Origin: Eledone cirrhosa | Lineage: Eukaryota | Direction of reading: 5' to 3' | Assembly (NCBI GenBank): GCA_964016885.1 | Contig: OZ024746.1 | Location: forward strand, 52,514,001 to 52,578,000 | DNA: 64,000 nt | Shown here: piece after piece, positions 13,701-27,100 of the stretch | Position numbering within the stretch: position 1 is the first letter of the stretch | How the letters are laid out: each line of letters begins with the position of its first letter | Program-made: the position numbers and the translations under genes | Notes under the pieces: model-generated | The model's input: only the letters and a program-made list of their open reading frames with translations | The model's database searches: none | Told to the model about the DNA's origin: nothing

Positions 13701-14199
13701 GATGGTAGTGTTGTTGTTGTTGTTGTAGTTAGAGGTTGCTGTGTTGGTAGTGTTGTTGTTGTTATTGTAGCTAGTGGTTGCTGTGTTGGTAGTGTTGTTG
13801 TTGTTATTGTAGTTAGTGGTTGTTGTGATGGTAGTGTTGTTGTTGTTGTTGTAGTTAGTGGTTGATGTGATGGTAGTGTTGTTGTTGTTGTTGTAGTTAG
13901 TGGTTGATGTGATGGTAGTGTTGTTGTTGTTATTGTAGTTAGTGGTTGTTGTGATGGTAGTGTTGTTGTTGTTGTTGTAGTTAGTGGTTGATGTGATGGT
14001 AGTGTTGTTGTTGTTATTGTAGTTAGTGGTTGTTGTGATGGAAGTGTTGTTGTTGTTGTTGTAGTTAGTGGTTGTTGTGATGGTAGTGTTGTTGTTGTTG
14101 TTGTAGTTAGTGGTTGATGTGATGGTAGTGTTGTTGTTGTTATTGTAGTTAGTGGTTGCTGTGATGCTAGTGTTGTTGTTATTGTTATTGTAGTTAGTG

Positions 14200-17100
14200 G
14201 TTGTTGTGATGGTAATGTTGTTGTTACTGTTATTGTAGTTAGAGGTTGCTGTGTTGGTAGTGTTGTTGTTGTTATTGTAGCTAGTGGTTGCTGTGTTGGT
14301 AGTGTTGTTGTTGTTATTGTAGTTAGTGGTTGTTGTGATGGATAGTGTTGTTGTTGTTGTTGTAGTTAGTGGTTGATGTGATGGAAGTGTTGTTATTGTT
14401 ATTGTAGTTAGTGGTTGCTGTGATGGTAGTGTTGTTGTTGTTGTTTTAGTTAGTGGTTGTTGTGATGGTAGTGTTGTTGTTGTTGTTGTAGTTAGTGGTT
14501 GATGTGATGGTAGTGTTGTTGTTGTTATTGTATTTAGTGGTTGTTGTGATGGTAGTGTTGTTGTTGTTATTGTAGTTAGTGGTTGTTGTGATGGTAGTGT
14601 TGTTGTTGTTATTGTAGTTAGTGGGTGTTGTGATGGTAGTGTTGTTATTGTTATTTTAGTTAGTGGTTGATGTGATGGTAGTGTTGTTGTTGTTATTGTA
14701 GTTAGTGGTTGTTGTGATGGTAGTGTTGTTGTTGTTGTTGTAGTTAGTGGTTGATGTGATGGTAGTGTTGTTGTTGTTATTGTAGTTAGTGGTTGTTGTG
14801 ATGGTAGTGTTGTTGTTGTTGTTGTAGTTAGTGATTGATGTGATGGTAGTGTTGTTATTGTTATTGTAGTTAGTGGTTGTTGTGATGGTAGTGTTGTTGT
14901 TGTTATTGTAGTTAGTGGTTGTTGTGATGGTAGTGTTGTTGTTGTTGTTGTAGTTAGTGGTTGATGTGATGGTAGTGTTGTTGTTGTTGTTGTAGTTAGT
15001 GGTTGTTGTGATGGTAGTGTTGTTGTTGTTGTAGTTAGTGGTTGATGTGATGGTAGTGTTGTTGTTGTTATTGTAGTTAGTGGTTGTTGTGATGGTAGTG
15101 TTGTTGTTGTTGTAGTTAGTGGTTGGTGTGATGGTAGTGTTGTTATTGTTATTGTAGTTAGTGGTTGTTGTGATGGTAGTGTTGTTGTTGATGTTGGAAT
15201 TAGTGGTTGATGTGATGGTAGTGTTGTTATTGTTATTGTAGTTAGTGGTTGTTGTGATGGTAGTGTTGTTGTTGTTGTTGTAGTTAGTGGTTGTTGTGAT
15301 GGTAGTGTTGTTGTTATTGTTATTGTAGTTAGAGGTTGCTGTGATGGTAGTGTTGTTGTTGTTGTTATTGTAGTTAGTGGTTGCTGAGATGGTAGTGTTG
15401 TTGTTGTTGTTATTGTAGTTAGAGGTTTCTGTGATGGTAGTGTTGTTGTTGTTGTTATTGTAGTTAGTGGTTTCTGTGATGGTAGTGTTGTTGTTGTTAT
15501 TGTAGTTAGTGGTTGTTGTGATGGTAGTGTTGTTGTTGTTGTTGTAGTTAGTGGTTGTTGTGATGGTAGTGTTGTTGTTATTGTTATTGTAGTTAGTGGT
15601 TGCTGAGATGGTAGTGTTGTTGTTGTTGTTATTGTAGTTAGTGGTTGCTGAGATAATAGTGTTGTTGTAGTTGTTATTGTAGTTAGTGGTTGCTGAGATG
15701 GTAGTGTTGTTGTTGTTATTGTAGTTAGTGGTTGCTGAGATGGTAGTGTTGTTGTTGTTATTGTAGTTAGTGGTTTCTGTGATGGTAGTGTTGTTGTTGT
15801 TGTTATTGTAGTTAGTGGTTGTTGTGATGGTAGTGTTGTTGTTGTTATTGTAGTTAGTGGTTGCTGAGATGGTAGTGTTGTTGTTGTTGTTATTGTAGTT
15901 AGAGGTTGCTGTGATGGTAGTGTTGTTGTTGTTGCTATTGTAGTTAGTGGTTTCTGTGATGGTAGTGTTGTTGTTGTTGTTATTGTAGTTAGTGGTTGCT
16001 GAGATAATAGTGTTGTTGTTGTTGTTATAGTAGTTAGTGGTTGCTGAGATGATAGTGTTGTTGTTGTTGTTATTGTAGTTAGTGGTTTTTGTGATGGTAG
16101 TGTTGTTGTTGTTGTTATTGTAGTTAGTGGTTGCTGAGATGGTAGTGTTGTTGTTGTTGTTATTGTAGTTAGTGGTTTTTGTGATGGTAGTGTTGTTGTT
16201 GTTGTTATTGTAGTTAGTGGTTGCTGTGATGGTAGTGTTGTTGTTGTTATTATAGTTAGTGGTTGCTGAGATGGTAGTGTTGTTGTTGTTGTTATTGTAG
16301 TTAGAGGTTGCTGTGATGGTAGTGTTGTTGTTGTTGTTATTGTAGTTAGTGGTTGCTGAGATAATAGTGTTGTTGTTGTTGTTATTGTAGTTAGTGGTTG
16401 CTGAGATGGTAGTGTTGTTGTTGTTATTGTAGTTAGTGGTTGCTGAGATGGTAGTGTTGTTGTTGTTATTGTAGTTAGTGGTTGCTGTGATGGTAGTGTT
16501 GTTGTTGTTATTGTAGTTAGTGGTTGCTGTGATGGTAGTGTTGTTGTTGTTATTGTAGTTAGAGGTTGCTGTAATGGTAGTGTTGTTGTTGTTATTGTAG
16601 TTAGTGGTTGCTGAGATCGTAGTGTTGTTGTTGTTATTGTAGTTAGTGGTTGCTGTGATGGTAGTGTTGTTGTTGTTATTGTAGTTAGTGGTTGCTGTGA
16701 TGGTAGTGTTGTTGTTGTTATTGTAGTTAGAGGTTGCTGTAATGGTAGTGTTGTTGTTGTTATTGTAGTTAGTGGTTGCTGTGATGGTAGTGTTGTTGTT
16801 GTTGTTATTGTAGTTAGTGGTTGCTGTGATGGTAGTGTTGTTGTTGTTGTTATTGTAGTTAGTGGTTGCTGTGATGGTAGTGTTGTTGTTGTTGTTATTG
16901 TAGTTAGTGGTTTCTGTGATGGTAGTGTTGTTGTTGTTATTTTAGTTAGTGGTTGCTGTGATGGTAGTGTTGTTGTTGTTATTGTAGTTAGTGGTTGCTG
17001 AGATGGTAGTGTTGTTGTTGTTGTTGTAGTTAGTGGTTGCTATGATGGTAGTGTTGTTGTTATTATTCTAGTTAGTTGTTGCTGTGTTGGTAGTGTTGTT

Positions 17101-20100
17101 GTTGTTATTGTAGTTAGTGGTTGCTGAGATGGTAGTGTTGTTGTTGTTGTTGTTATTGTAGTTAGTGGTTGCTGAGATGGTAGTGTTGTTGTTGTTATTC
17201 TAGTTATTGGTTGCTGTGTTGGTAGTGTTGTTGTTGTTATTGTAGCTAGTGGTTGCTGTGTTGGTAGTGTTGTTGTTGTTATTGTAGTTAGTGGTTGTTG
17301 TGATGGATAGTGTTGTTGTTGTTGTTGTAGTTAGTGGTTGATGTGATGGAAGTGTTGTTATTGTTATTGTAGTTAGTGGTTGCTGTGATGGTAGTGTTGT
17401 TGTTGTTGTTTTAGTTAGTGGTTGTTGTGATGGTAGTGTTGTTGTTGTTGTTGTAGTTAGTGGTTGATGTGATGGTAGTGTTGTTGTTGTTATTGTATTT
17501 AGTGGTTGTTGTGATGGTAGTGTTGTTGTTGTTATTGTAGTTAGTGGTTGTTGTGATGGTAGTGTTGTTGTTGTTATTGTAGTTAGTGGGTGTTGTGATG
17601 GTAGTGTTGTTATTGTTATTTTAGTTAGTGGTTGATGTGATGGTAGTGTTGTTGTTGTTATTGTAGTTAGTGGTTGTTGTGATGGTAGTGTTGTTGTTGT
17701 TGTTGTAGTTAGTGGTTGATGTGATGGTAGTGTTGTTGTTGTTATTGTAGTTAGTGGTTGTTGTGATGGTAGTGTTGTTGTTGTTGTTGTAGTTAGTGAT
17801 TGATGTGATGGTAGTGTTGTTATTGTTATTGTAGTTAGTGGTTGTTGTGATGGTAGTGTTGTTGTTGTTATTGTAGTTAGTGGTTGTTGTGATGGTAGTG
17901 TTGTTGTTGTTGTTGTAGTTAGTGGTTGATGTGATGGTAGTGTTGTTGTTGTTGTTGTAGTTAGTGGTTGTTGTGATGGTAGTGTTGTTGTTGTTGTAGT
18001 TAGTGGTTGATGTGATGGTAGTGTTGTTGTTGTTATTGTAGTTAGTGGTTGTTGTGATGGTAGTGTTGTTGTTGTTGTAGTTAGTGGTTGATGTGATGGT
18101 AGTGTTGTTGTTGTTATTGTAGTTAGTGGTTGTTGTGATGGTAGTGTTGTTGTTGTTGTAGTTAGTGGTTGGTGTGATGGTAGTGTTGTTATTGTTATTG
18201 TAGTTAGTGGTTGTTGTGATGGTAGTGTTGTTGTTGATGTTGGAATTAGTGGTTGATGTGATGGTAGTGTTGTTATTGTTATTGTAGTTAGTGGTTGTTG
18301 TGATGGTAGTGTTGTTGTTGTTGTTGTAGTTAGTGGTTGTTGTGATGGTAGTGTTGTTGTTATTGTTATTGTAGTTAGAGGTTGCTGTGATGGTAGTGTT
18401 GTTGTTGTTGTTATTGTAGTTAGTGGTTGCTGAGATGGTAGTGTTGTTGTTGTTGTTATTGTAGTTAGTGGTTTCTGTGATGGTAGTGTTGTTGTTGTTG
18501 TTATTGTAGTTAGTGGTTTCTGTGATGGTAGTGTTGTTGTTGTTATTGTAGTTAGTGGTTGTTGTGATGGTAGTGTTGTTGTTGTTGTTGTAGTTAGTGG
18601 TTGTTGTGATGGTAGTGTTGTTGTTATTGTTATTGTAGTTAGTGGTTGCTGAGATGGTAGTGTTGTTGTTGTTGTTATTGTAGTTAGTGGTTGCTGAGAT
18701 AATAGTGTTGTTGTAGTTGTTATTGTAGTTAGTGGTTGCTGAGATGGTAGTGTTGTTGTTGTTATTGTAGTTAGTGGTTGCTGAGATGGTAGTGTTGTTG
18801 TTGTTATTGTAGTTAGTGGTTTCTGTGATGGTAGTGTTGTTGTTGTTGTTATTGTAGTTAGTGGTTGTTGTGATGGTAGTGTTGTTGTTGTTATTGTAGT
18901 TAGTGGTTGCTGAGATGGTAGTGTTGTTGTTGTTGTTATTGTAGTTAGAGGTTGCTGTGATGGTAGTGTTGTTGTTGTTGCTATTGTAGTTAGTGGTTTC
19001 TGTGATGGTAGTGTTGTTGTTGTTGTTATTGTAGTTAGTGGTTGCTGAGATAATAGTGTTGTTGTTGTTGTTATAGTAGTTAGTGGTTGCTGAGATGATA
19101 GTGTTGTTGTTGTTGTTATTGTAGTTAGTGGTTGCTGAGATGGTAGTGTTTTTGTTGTTGTTATTGTAGTTAGTGGTTTTTGTGATGGTAGTGTTGTTGT
19201 TGTTGTTATTGTAGTTAGTGGTTGCTGTGATGGTAGTGTTGTTGTTGTTATTGTAGTTAGTGGTTGCTGAGATGGTAGTGTTGTTGTTGTTGTTATTGTA
19301 GTTAGTGGTTTTTGTGATGGTAGTGTTGTTGTTGTTGTTATTGTAGTTAGTGGTTGCTGTGATGGTAGTGTTGTTGTTGTTATTATAGTTAGTGGTTGCT
19401 GAGATGGTAGTGTTGTTGTTGTTGTTATTGTAGTTAGAGGTTGCTGTGATGGTAGTGTTGTTGTTGTTGTTATTGTAGTTAGTGGTTGCTGAGATAATAG
19501 TGTTGTTGTTGTTGTTATTGTAGTTAGTGGTTGCTGAGATGGTAGTGTTGTTGTTGTTATTGTAGTTAGTGGTTGCTGAGATGGTAGTGTTGTTGTTGTT
19601 ATTGTAGTTAGTGGTTGCTGTGATGGTAGTGTTGTTGTTGTTATTGTAGTTAGTGGTTGCTGTGATGGTAGTGTTGTTGTTGTTATTGTAGTTAGAGGTT
19701 GCTGTAATGGTAGTGTTGTTGTTGTTATTGTAGTTAGTGGTTGCTGAGATCGTAGTGTTGTTGTTGTTATTGTAGTTAGTGGTTGCTGTGATGGTAGTGT
19801 TGTTGTTGTTATTGTAGTTAGTGGTTGCTGTGATGGTAGTGTTGTTGTTGTTATTGTAGTTAGAGGTTGCTGTAATGGTAGTGTTGTTGTTGTTATTGTA
19901 GTTAGTGGTTGCTGTGATGGTAGTGTTGTTGTTGTTGTTATTGTAGTTAGTGGTTGCTGTGATGGTAGTGTTGTTGTTGTTGTTATTGTAGTTAGTGGTT
20001 GCTGTGATGGTAGTGTTGTTGTTGTTGTTATTGTAGTTAGTGGTTTCTGTGATGGTAGTGTTGTTGTTGTTATTTTAGTTAGTGGTTGCTGTGATGGTAG

Positions 20101-23100
20101 TGTTGTTGTTGTTATTGTAGTTAGTGGTTGCTGAGATGGTAGTGTTGTTGTTGTTGTTGTAGTTAGTGGTTGCTATGATGGTAGTGTTGTTGTTATTATT
20201 CTAGTTAGTTGTTGCTGTGTTGGTAGTGTTGTTGTTGTTATTGTAGTTAGTGGTTGCTGAGATGGTAGTGTTGTTGTTGTTGTTGTTATTGTAGTTAGTG
20301 GTTGCTGAGATGGTAGTGTTGTTGTTGTTATTCTAGTTATTGGTTGCTGTGTTGGTAGTGTTGTTGTTGTTATTGTAGTTAGTGGTTTCTGTGATGGTAG
20401 TGTTGTTGTTGTTTTTGTTATTGTAGTTAGTGGTTGTTTTGATGGTAATGTTGTTGTTATTTTTATTGTAGTTAGAGGTTGCTGTGTTGGTAGTGTTGTT
20501 GTTGTTATTGTAGTTAGTGGTTGTTGTGATGGTAGTGTTGTTGTTGTTGTTGTAGTTAGTGGTTGATGTGATGGTAGTGTTGTTGTTGTTGTTGTAGCTA
20601 GTGGTTGCTGTGTTGGTAGTGTTGTTGTTGTTATTGTAGTTAGTGGTTGTTGTGATGGTAGTGTTGTTGTTGTTATTGTAGTTAGTGGGTGTTGTGATGG
20701 TAGTGTTGTTATTGTTATTTTAGTTAGTGGTTGATGTGATGGTAGTGTTGTTGTTGTTATTGTAGTTAGTGGTTGTTGTGATGGTAGTGTTGTTGTTGTT
20801 GTTGTAGTTAGTGGTTGATGTGATGGTAGTGTTGTTGTTGTTATTGTAGTTAGTGGTTGTTGTGATGGTAGTGTTGTTGTTGTTGTTGTAGTTAGTGATT
20901 GATGTGATGGTAGTGTTGTTATTGTTATTGTAGTTAGTGGTTGTTGTGATGGTAGTGTTGTTGTTGTTATTGTAGTTAGTGGTTGTTGTGATGGTAGTGT
21001 TGTTGTTGTTGTTGTAGTTAGTGGTTGATGTGATGGTAGTGTTGTTGTTGTTGTTGTAGTTAGTGGTTGTTGTGATGGTAGTGTTGTTGTTGTTGTAGTT
21101 AGTGGTTGATGTGATGGTAGTGTTGTTGTTGTTATTGTAGTTAGTGGTTGTTGTGATGGTAGTGTTGTTGTTGTTGTAGTTAGTGGTTGGTGTGATGGTA
21201 GTGTTGTTATTGTTATTGTAGTTAGTGGTTGTTGTGATGGTAGTGTTGTTGTTGATGTTGGAATTAGTGGTTGATGTGATGGTAGTGTTGTTATTGTTAT
21301 TGTAGTTAGTGGTTGTTGTGATGGTAGTGTTGTTGTTGTTGTTGTAGTTAGTGGTTGTTGTGATGGTAGTGTTGTTGTTATTGTTATTGTAGTTAGAGGT
21401 TGCTGTGATGGTAGTGTTGTTGTTGTTGTTATTGTAGTTAGTGGTTGCTGAGATGGTAGTGTTGTTGTTGTTGTTATTGTAGTTAGTGGTTTCTGTGATG
21501 GTAGTGTTGTTGTTGTTGTTATTGTAGTTAGTGGTTTCTGTGATGGTAGTGTTGTTGTTGTTATTGTAGTTAGTGGTTGCTGAGATGGTAGGGTTGTTGT
21601 TGTTGTTATTGTAGTTAGAGGTTGCTGTGCTGGTAGTGTTGTTGTTGTTGTTATTGTAGTTAGTGGTTGCTGAGATGGTAGTGTTGTTGTTGTTGTTATT
21701 GTAGTTAGTGGTTGCTGAGATAATAGTGTTGTTGTAGTTGTTATTGTAGTTAGTGGTTGCTGAGATGGTAGTGTTGTTGTTGTTATTGTAGTTAGTGGTT
21801 GCTGAGATGGTAGTGTTGTTGTTGTTGTTGTTATTGTAGTTAGTGGTTTCTGTGATGGTAGTGTTGTTGTTGTTGTTATTGTAGTTAGTGGTTGTTGTGA
21901 TGGTAGTGTTGTTGTTGTTATTGTAGTTAGTGGTTGCTGAGATGGTAGTGTTGTTGTTGTTGTTATTGTAGTTAGAGGTTGCTGTGATGGTAGTGTTGTT
22001 GTTGTTGCTATTGTAGTTAGTGGTTTCTGTGATGGTAGTGTTGTTGTTGTTGTTATTGTAGTTAGTGGTTGCTGAGATAATAGTGTTGTTGTTGTTGTTA
22101 TAGTAGTTAGTGGTTGCTGAGATGATAGTGTTGTTGTTGTTGTTATTGTAGTTAGTGGTTGCTGAGATGGTAGTGTTTTTGTTGTTGTTATTGTAGTTAG
22201 TGGTTTTTGTGATGGTAGTGTTGTTGTTGTTGTTATTGTAGTTAGTGGTTGCTGTGATGGTAGTGTTGTTGTTGTTATTGTAGTTAGTGGTTGCTGAGAT
22301 GGTAGTGTTGTTGTTGTTGTTATTGTAGTTAGTGGTTTTTGTGATGGTAGTGTTGTTGTTGTTGTTATTGAAGTTAGTGGTTGCTGTGATGGTAGTGTTG
22401 TTGTTGTTATTGTAGTTAGTGGTTGCTGAGATGGTAGTGTTGTTGTTGTTGTTATTGTAGTTAGAGGTTGCTGTGATGGTAGTGTTGTTGTTGTTGTTAT
22501 TGTAGTTAGTGGTTGCTGAGATAATAGTGTTGTTGTTGTTGTTATTGTAGTTAGTGGTTGCTGAGATGGTAGTGTTGTTGTTGTTATTGTAGTTAGTGGT
22601 TGCTGAGATGGTAGTGTTGTTGTTGTTATTGTAGTTAGTGGTTGCTGTGATGGTAGTGTTGTTGTTGTTATTGTAGTTAGTGGTTGCTGTGATGGTAGTG
22701 TTGTTGTTGTTATTGTAGTTAGAGGTTGCTGTAATGGTAGTGTTGTTGTTGTTATTGTAGTTAGTGGTTGCTGAGATCGTAGTGTTGTTGTTGTTATTGT
22801 AGTTAGTGGTTGCTGTGATGGTAGTGTTGTTGTTGTTATTGTAGTTAGTGGTTGCTGTGATGGTAGTGTTGTTGTTGTTATTGTAGTTAGAGGTTGCTGT
22901 AATGGTAGTGTTGTTGTTGTTATTGTAGTTAGTGGTTGCTGTGATGGTAGTGTTGTTGTTGTTGTTATTGTAGTTAGTGGTTGCTGTGATGGTAGTGTTG
23001 TTGTTGTTGTTATTGTAGTTAGTGGTTGCTGTGATGGTAGTGTTGTTGTTGTTGTTATTGTAGTTAGTGGTTTCTGTGATGGTAGTGTTGTTGTTGTTAT

Positions 23101-23400
23101 TTTAGTTAGTGGTTGCTGTGATGGTAGTGTTGTTGTTGTTATTGTAGTTAGTGGTTGCTGAGATGGTAGTGTTGTTGTTGTTGTTGTAGTTAGTGGTTGC
23201 TATGATGGTAGTGTTGTTGTTATTATTCTAGTTAGTTGTTGCGGTGTTGGTAGTGTTGTTGTTGTTATTGTAGTTAGTGGTTGCTGAGATGGTAGTGTTG
23301 TTGTTGTTGTTGTTATTGTAGTTAGTGGTTGCTGAGATGGTAGTGTTGTTGTTGTTATTCTAGTTATTGGTTGCTGTGTTGGTAGTGTTGTTGTTGTTAT
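14200..23400. repeat. Three copies of an approximately 3-kb higher-order unit
   Basis: The distinctive GATGTTGGAATTAGT marker has GGAATT at 15196, 18242 and 21260. The GCTATGAT...ATTCTAG monomer is at 17040, 20173 and 23200. The order of intervening variants is conserved. Confidence 0.9.
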
Positions 23401-24161
23401 TGTAGTTAGTGGTTTCTGTGATGGTAGTGTTATTGTAGTTAGTGGTTGTTTTGATGGTAATGTTGTTGTTATTTTTATTGTAGTTAGAGGTTGCTGTGTT
23501 GGTAGTGTTGTTGTTGTTATTGTAGTTAGTGGTTGTTGTGATGGTAGTGTTGTTGTTGTTGTTGTAGTTAGTGGTTGATGTGATGGTAGTGTTGTTGTTG
23601 TTGTTGTAGCTAGTGGTTGCTGTGTTGGTAGTGTTGTTGTTGTTATTGTAGTTAGTGGTTGTTGTGATGGTAGTGTTGTTGTTGTTGTTGTAGTTAGTGG
23701 TTGATGTGATAGTAGTGTTGTTGTTGTTGTTGTAGTTAGTGGTTGATGTGATGGTAGTGTTGTTGTTGTTATTGTAGTTAGTGGTTGTTGTGATGGTAGT
23801 GTTGTTGTTGTTGTTGTAGTTAGTGGTTGATGTGATGGTAGTGTTGTTGTTGTTATTGTAGTTAGTGGTTGTTGTGATGGTAGTGTTGTTGTTGTTGTTG
23901 TAGTTAGTGGTTGTTGTGATGGTAGTGTGGTTGTTGTTGTTGTAGTTAGTGGTTGATTTGATGGTAGTGTTGTTGTTGTTATTGTAGTTAGTGGTTGCTG
24001 TGATGCTAGTGTTGTTGTTATTGTTATTGTAGTTAGTGGTTGTTGTGATGGTAATGTTGTTGTTATTGTTATTGTAGTTAGAGATTGCTGTGTTGGTAGT
24101 GTTGTTGTTGTTATTGTAGCTAGTGGTTGCTGTGTTGGTAGTGTTGTTGTTGTTATTGTAG

Positions 24162-27100
24162 TTAGTGGTTGTTGTGATGGATAGTGTTGTTGTTGTTGTT
24201 GGAGTTAGTGGTTGATGTGATGGAAGTGTTGTTATTGTTATTGTAGTTAGTGGTTGCTGTGATGGTAGTGTTGTTGTTGTTGTTGTAGTTAGTGGTTGTT
24301 GTGATGGTAGTGTTGTTGTTGTTGTTGTTGTAGTTAGTGGTTGATGTGATGGTAGTGTTGTTGTTGTTATTGTATTTAGTGGTTGTTGTGATGGTAGTGT
24401 TGTTGTTGTTATTGTAGTTAGTGGTTGTTGTGATTGTAGTGTTGTTGTTGTTGGAGTTAGTGGTTGATGTGATGGTAGTGTTGTTGTTGTTATTGTAGTT
24501 AGTGGTTGTTGTGATGGTAGTGTTGTTGTTGTTGTTGTAGTTAGTGGTTGATGTGATGGTAGTGTTGTTGTTGTTATTGTAGTTAGTGGTTGTTGTGATG
24601 GTAGTGTTGTTGTTGTTGTTGTAGTTTAGTGATTGATGTGATGGTAGTGTTGTTATTGTTATTGTAGTTAGTGGTTGTTGTGATGGCAGTGTTGTTGTTG
24701 TTATTGTAGTTAGTGGTTGTTGTGATGGTAGTGTTGTTGTTGTTGTTGTAGTTAGTGGTTGATGTGATGGTAGTGTTGTTGTTGTTATTGTAGTTAGTGG
24801 TGGTTGTGATGGTAGTGTTGTTGTTGTTGTTGTAGTTAGTGGTTGATGTGATGGTAGTGTTGTTGTTGTTATTGTAGTTAGTGGTTGCTGTGATGCTAGT
24901 GTTGTTGTTGTTGTTGTAGTTAGTGGTTGTTGTGATGGTAGTGTTGTTGTTATTGTTATTGTAGTTAGAGGTTGCTGTGATGGTAGTGTTGTTGTTGTTG
25001 TTATTGTAGTTAGTGGTTGCTGAGATGGTAGTGTTGTTGTTGTTGTTATTGTAGTTAGTGGTTTCTGTGATGGTAGTGTTGTTGTTGTTGTTATTGTAGT
25101 TAGTGGTTTCTGTGATGGTAGTGTTGTTGTTGTTATTGTAGTTAGTGGTTGCTGAGATGGTAGTGTTGTTGTTATTGTTATTGTAGTTAGAGGTTGCTGT
25201 GCTGGTAGTGTTGTTGTTGTTGTTATTGTAGTTAGTGGTTGCTGAGATGGTAGTGTTGTTGTTGTTATTGTAGTTAGTGGTTGCTGAGATGGTAGTGTTG
25301 TTGTTGTTGTTATTGTAGTTAGTTGTTTCTGTGATGGTAGTGTTGTTGTTGTTGTTATTGTAGTTAGTGGTTGCTGAGATAATAGTGTTGTTGTTGTTGT
25401 TATTGTAGTTAGTGGTTGCTGAGATGGTAGTGTTGTTGTTGTTGTTATTGTAGTTATTGGTTTCAGTGATGGTAGTGTTGTTGTTGTTGTTATTGTAGTT
25501 AGTGGTTGCTGAGATAATAGTGTTGTTGTTGTTGTTATTGTAGTTAGTGGTTGCTGAGATGGTAGTGTTGTTGTTGTTGTTATTGTAGTTAGTGGTTGCT
25601 GAGATGGTAGTGTTGTTGTTGTTGTTGTTATTGTAGTTAGTGGTTTCTGTGATGGTAGTGTTGTTGTTGTTGTTATTGTAGTTAGTGGTTGCTGTGATGG
25701 TAGTGTTGTTGTTGTTATTGTAGTTAGTGGTTGCTGAGATGGTAGTGTTGTTGTTGTTATTATTGTAGTTAGTGGTTGCTGAGATGGTAGTGTTGTTGTT
25801 GTTGTTATTGTAGTTAGTGGTTTCTGTGATGGTAGTGTTGTTGTTGTTGTTATTGTAGTTAGTGGTTGCTGAGATGGTAGTGTTGTTGTTGTTGTTATTG
25901 TTGTTAGAGGTTGCTGAGATGGTAGTGTTGTTGTTGTTGTTATTGTAGTTAGAGGTTGCTGTGATGGTAGTGTTGTTGTTGTTGTTATTGTAGTTAGTGG
26001 TTTCTGTGATGGTAGTGTTGTTGTTGTTGTTATTATAGTTAGTGGTTTCTGTGATGGTAGTGTTGTTGTTGTTATTCTAGTTAATGGTTGCTGTGATGGT
26101 AGTGTTGTTGTTATTATTGTAGTTAGAGCTTGCTGAGATGGTAGTGTTGTTGTTGTTATTGTAGTTAGTGGTTTCTGTGATGGTAGTGTTGTTGTTGTTA
26201 TTGTAGTTAGTGGTTGCTGAGATGGTAGTGTTGTTGTTGTTGTTATTGTAGTTAGAGGTTGCTGTGATGGTAGTGTTGTTGTTGTTGCTATTGTAGTTAG
26301 TGGTTTCTGTGATGGTAGTGTTGTTGTTGTTGTTATTGTAGTTAGTGGTTGCTGAGATAATAGTGTTGTTGTTGTTGTTATTGTAGTTAGTGGTTGCTGA
26401 AATGATAGTGTTGTTGTTGTTGTTATTGTAGTTAGTGGTTGCTGAGATGGTAGTGTTGTTGTTGTTATTGTAGTTAGTGGTTGCTGAGATGGTAGTGTTG
26501 TTGTTGTTGTTATTGTAGTTAGTGGTTGCTGTGATGGTAGTGTTGTTGTTGTTGTTATTGTAGTTAGTGGTTTTTGTGATGGTAGTGTTGTTGTTGTTAT
26601 TGTAGTTAGTGGTTGCTGTGATGGTAGTGTTGTTGTTGTTATTGTAGTTAGTTGTTGCTGAGATGGTAGTGTTGTTGTTGTTGTTATTGTAGTTAGTGGT
26701 TTTTGTGATGGTAGTGTTGTTGTTGTTGTTATTGTAGTTAGTGGTTGCTGAGATGGTAGTGTTGTTGTTGTTATTGTAGTTAGTGGTGGTTGTGATGGTA
26801 GTGTTGTTGTTGTTGTTGTAGTTAGTGGTTGATGTGATGGTAGTGTTGTTGTTGTTATTGTAGTTAGTGGTTGCTGTGATGCTAGTGTTGTTGTTGTTGT
26901 TGTAGTTAGTGGTTGTTGTGATGGTAGTGTTGTTGTTATTGTTATTGTAGTTAGAGGTTGCTGTGATGGTAGTGTTGTTGTTGTTGTTATTGTAGTTAGT
27001 GGTTGCTGAGATGGTAGTGTTGTTGTTGTTGTTATTGTAGTTAGTGGTTTCTGTGATGGTAGTGTTGTTGTTGTTGTTATTGTAGTTAGTGGTTTCTGTG

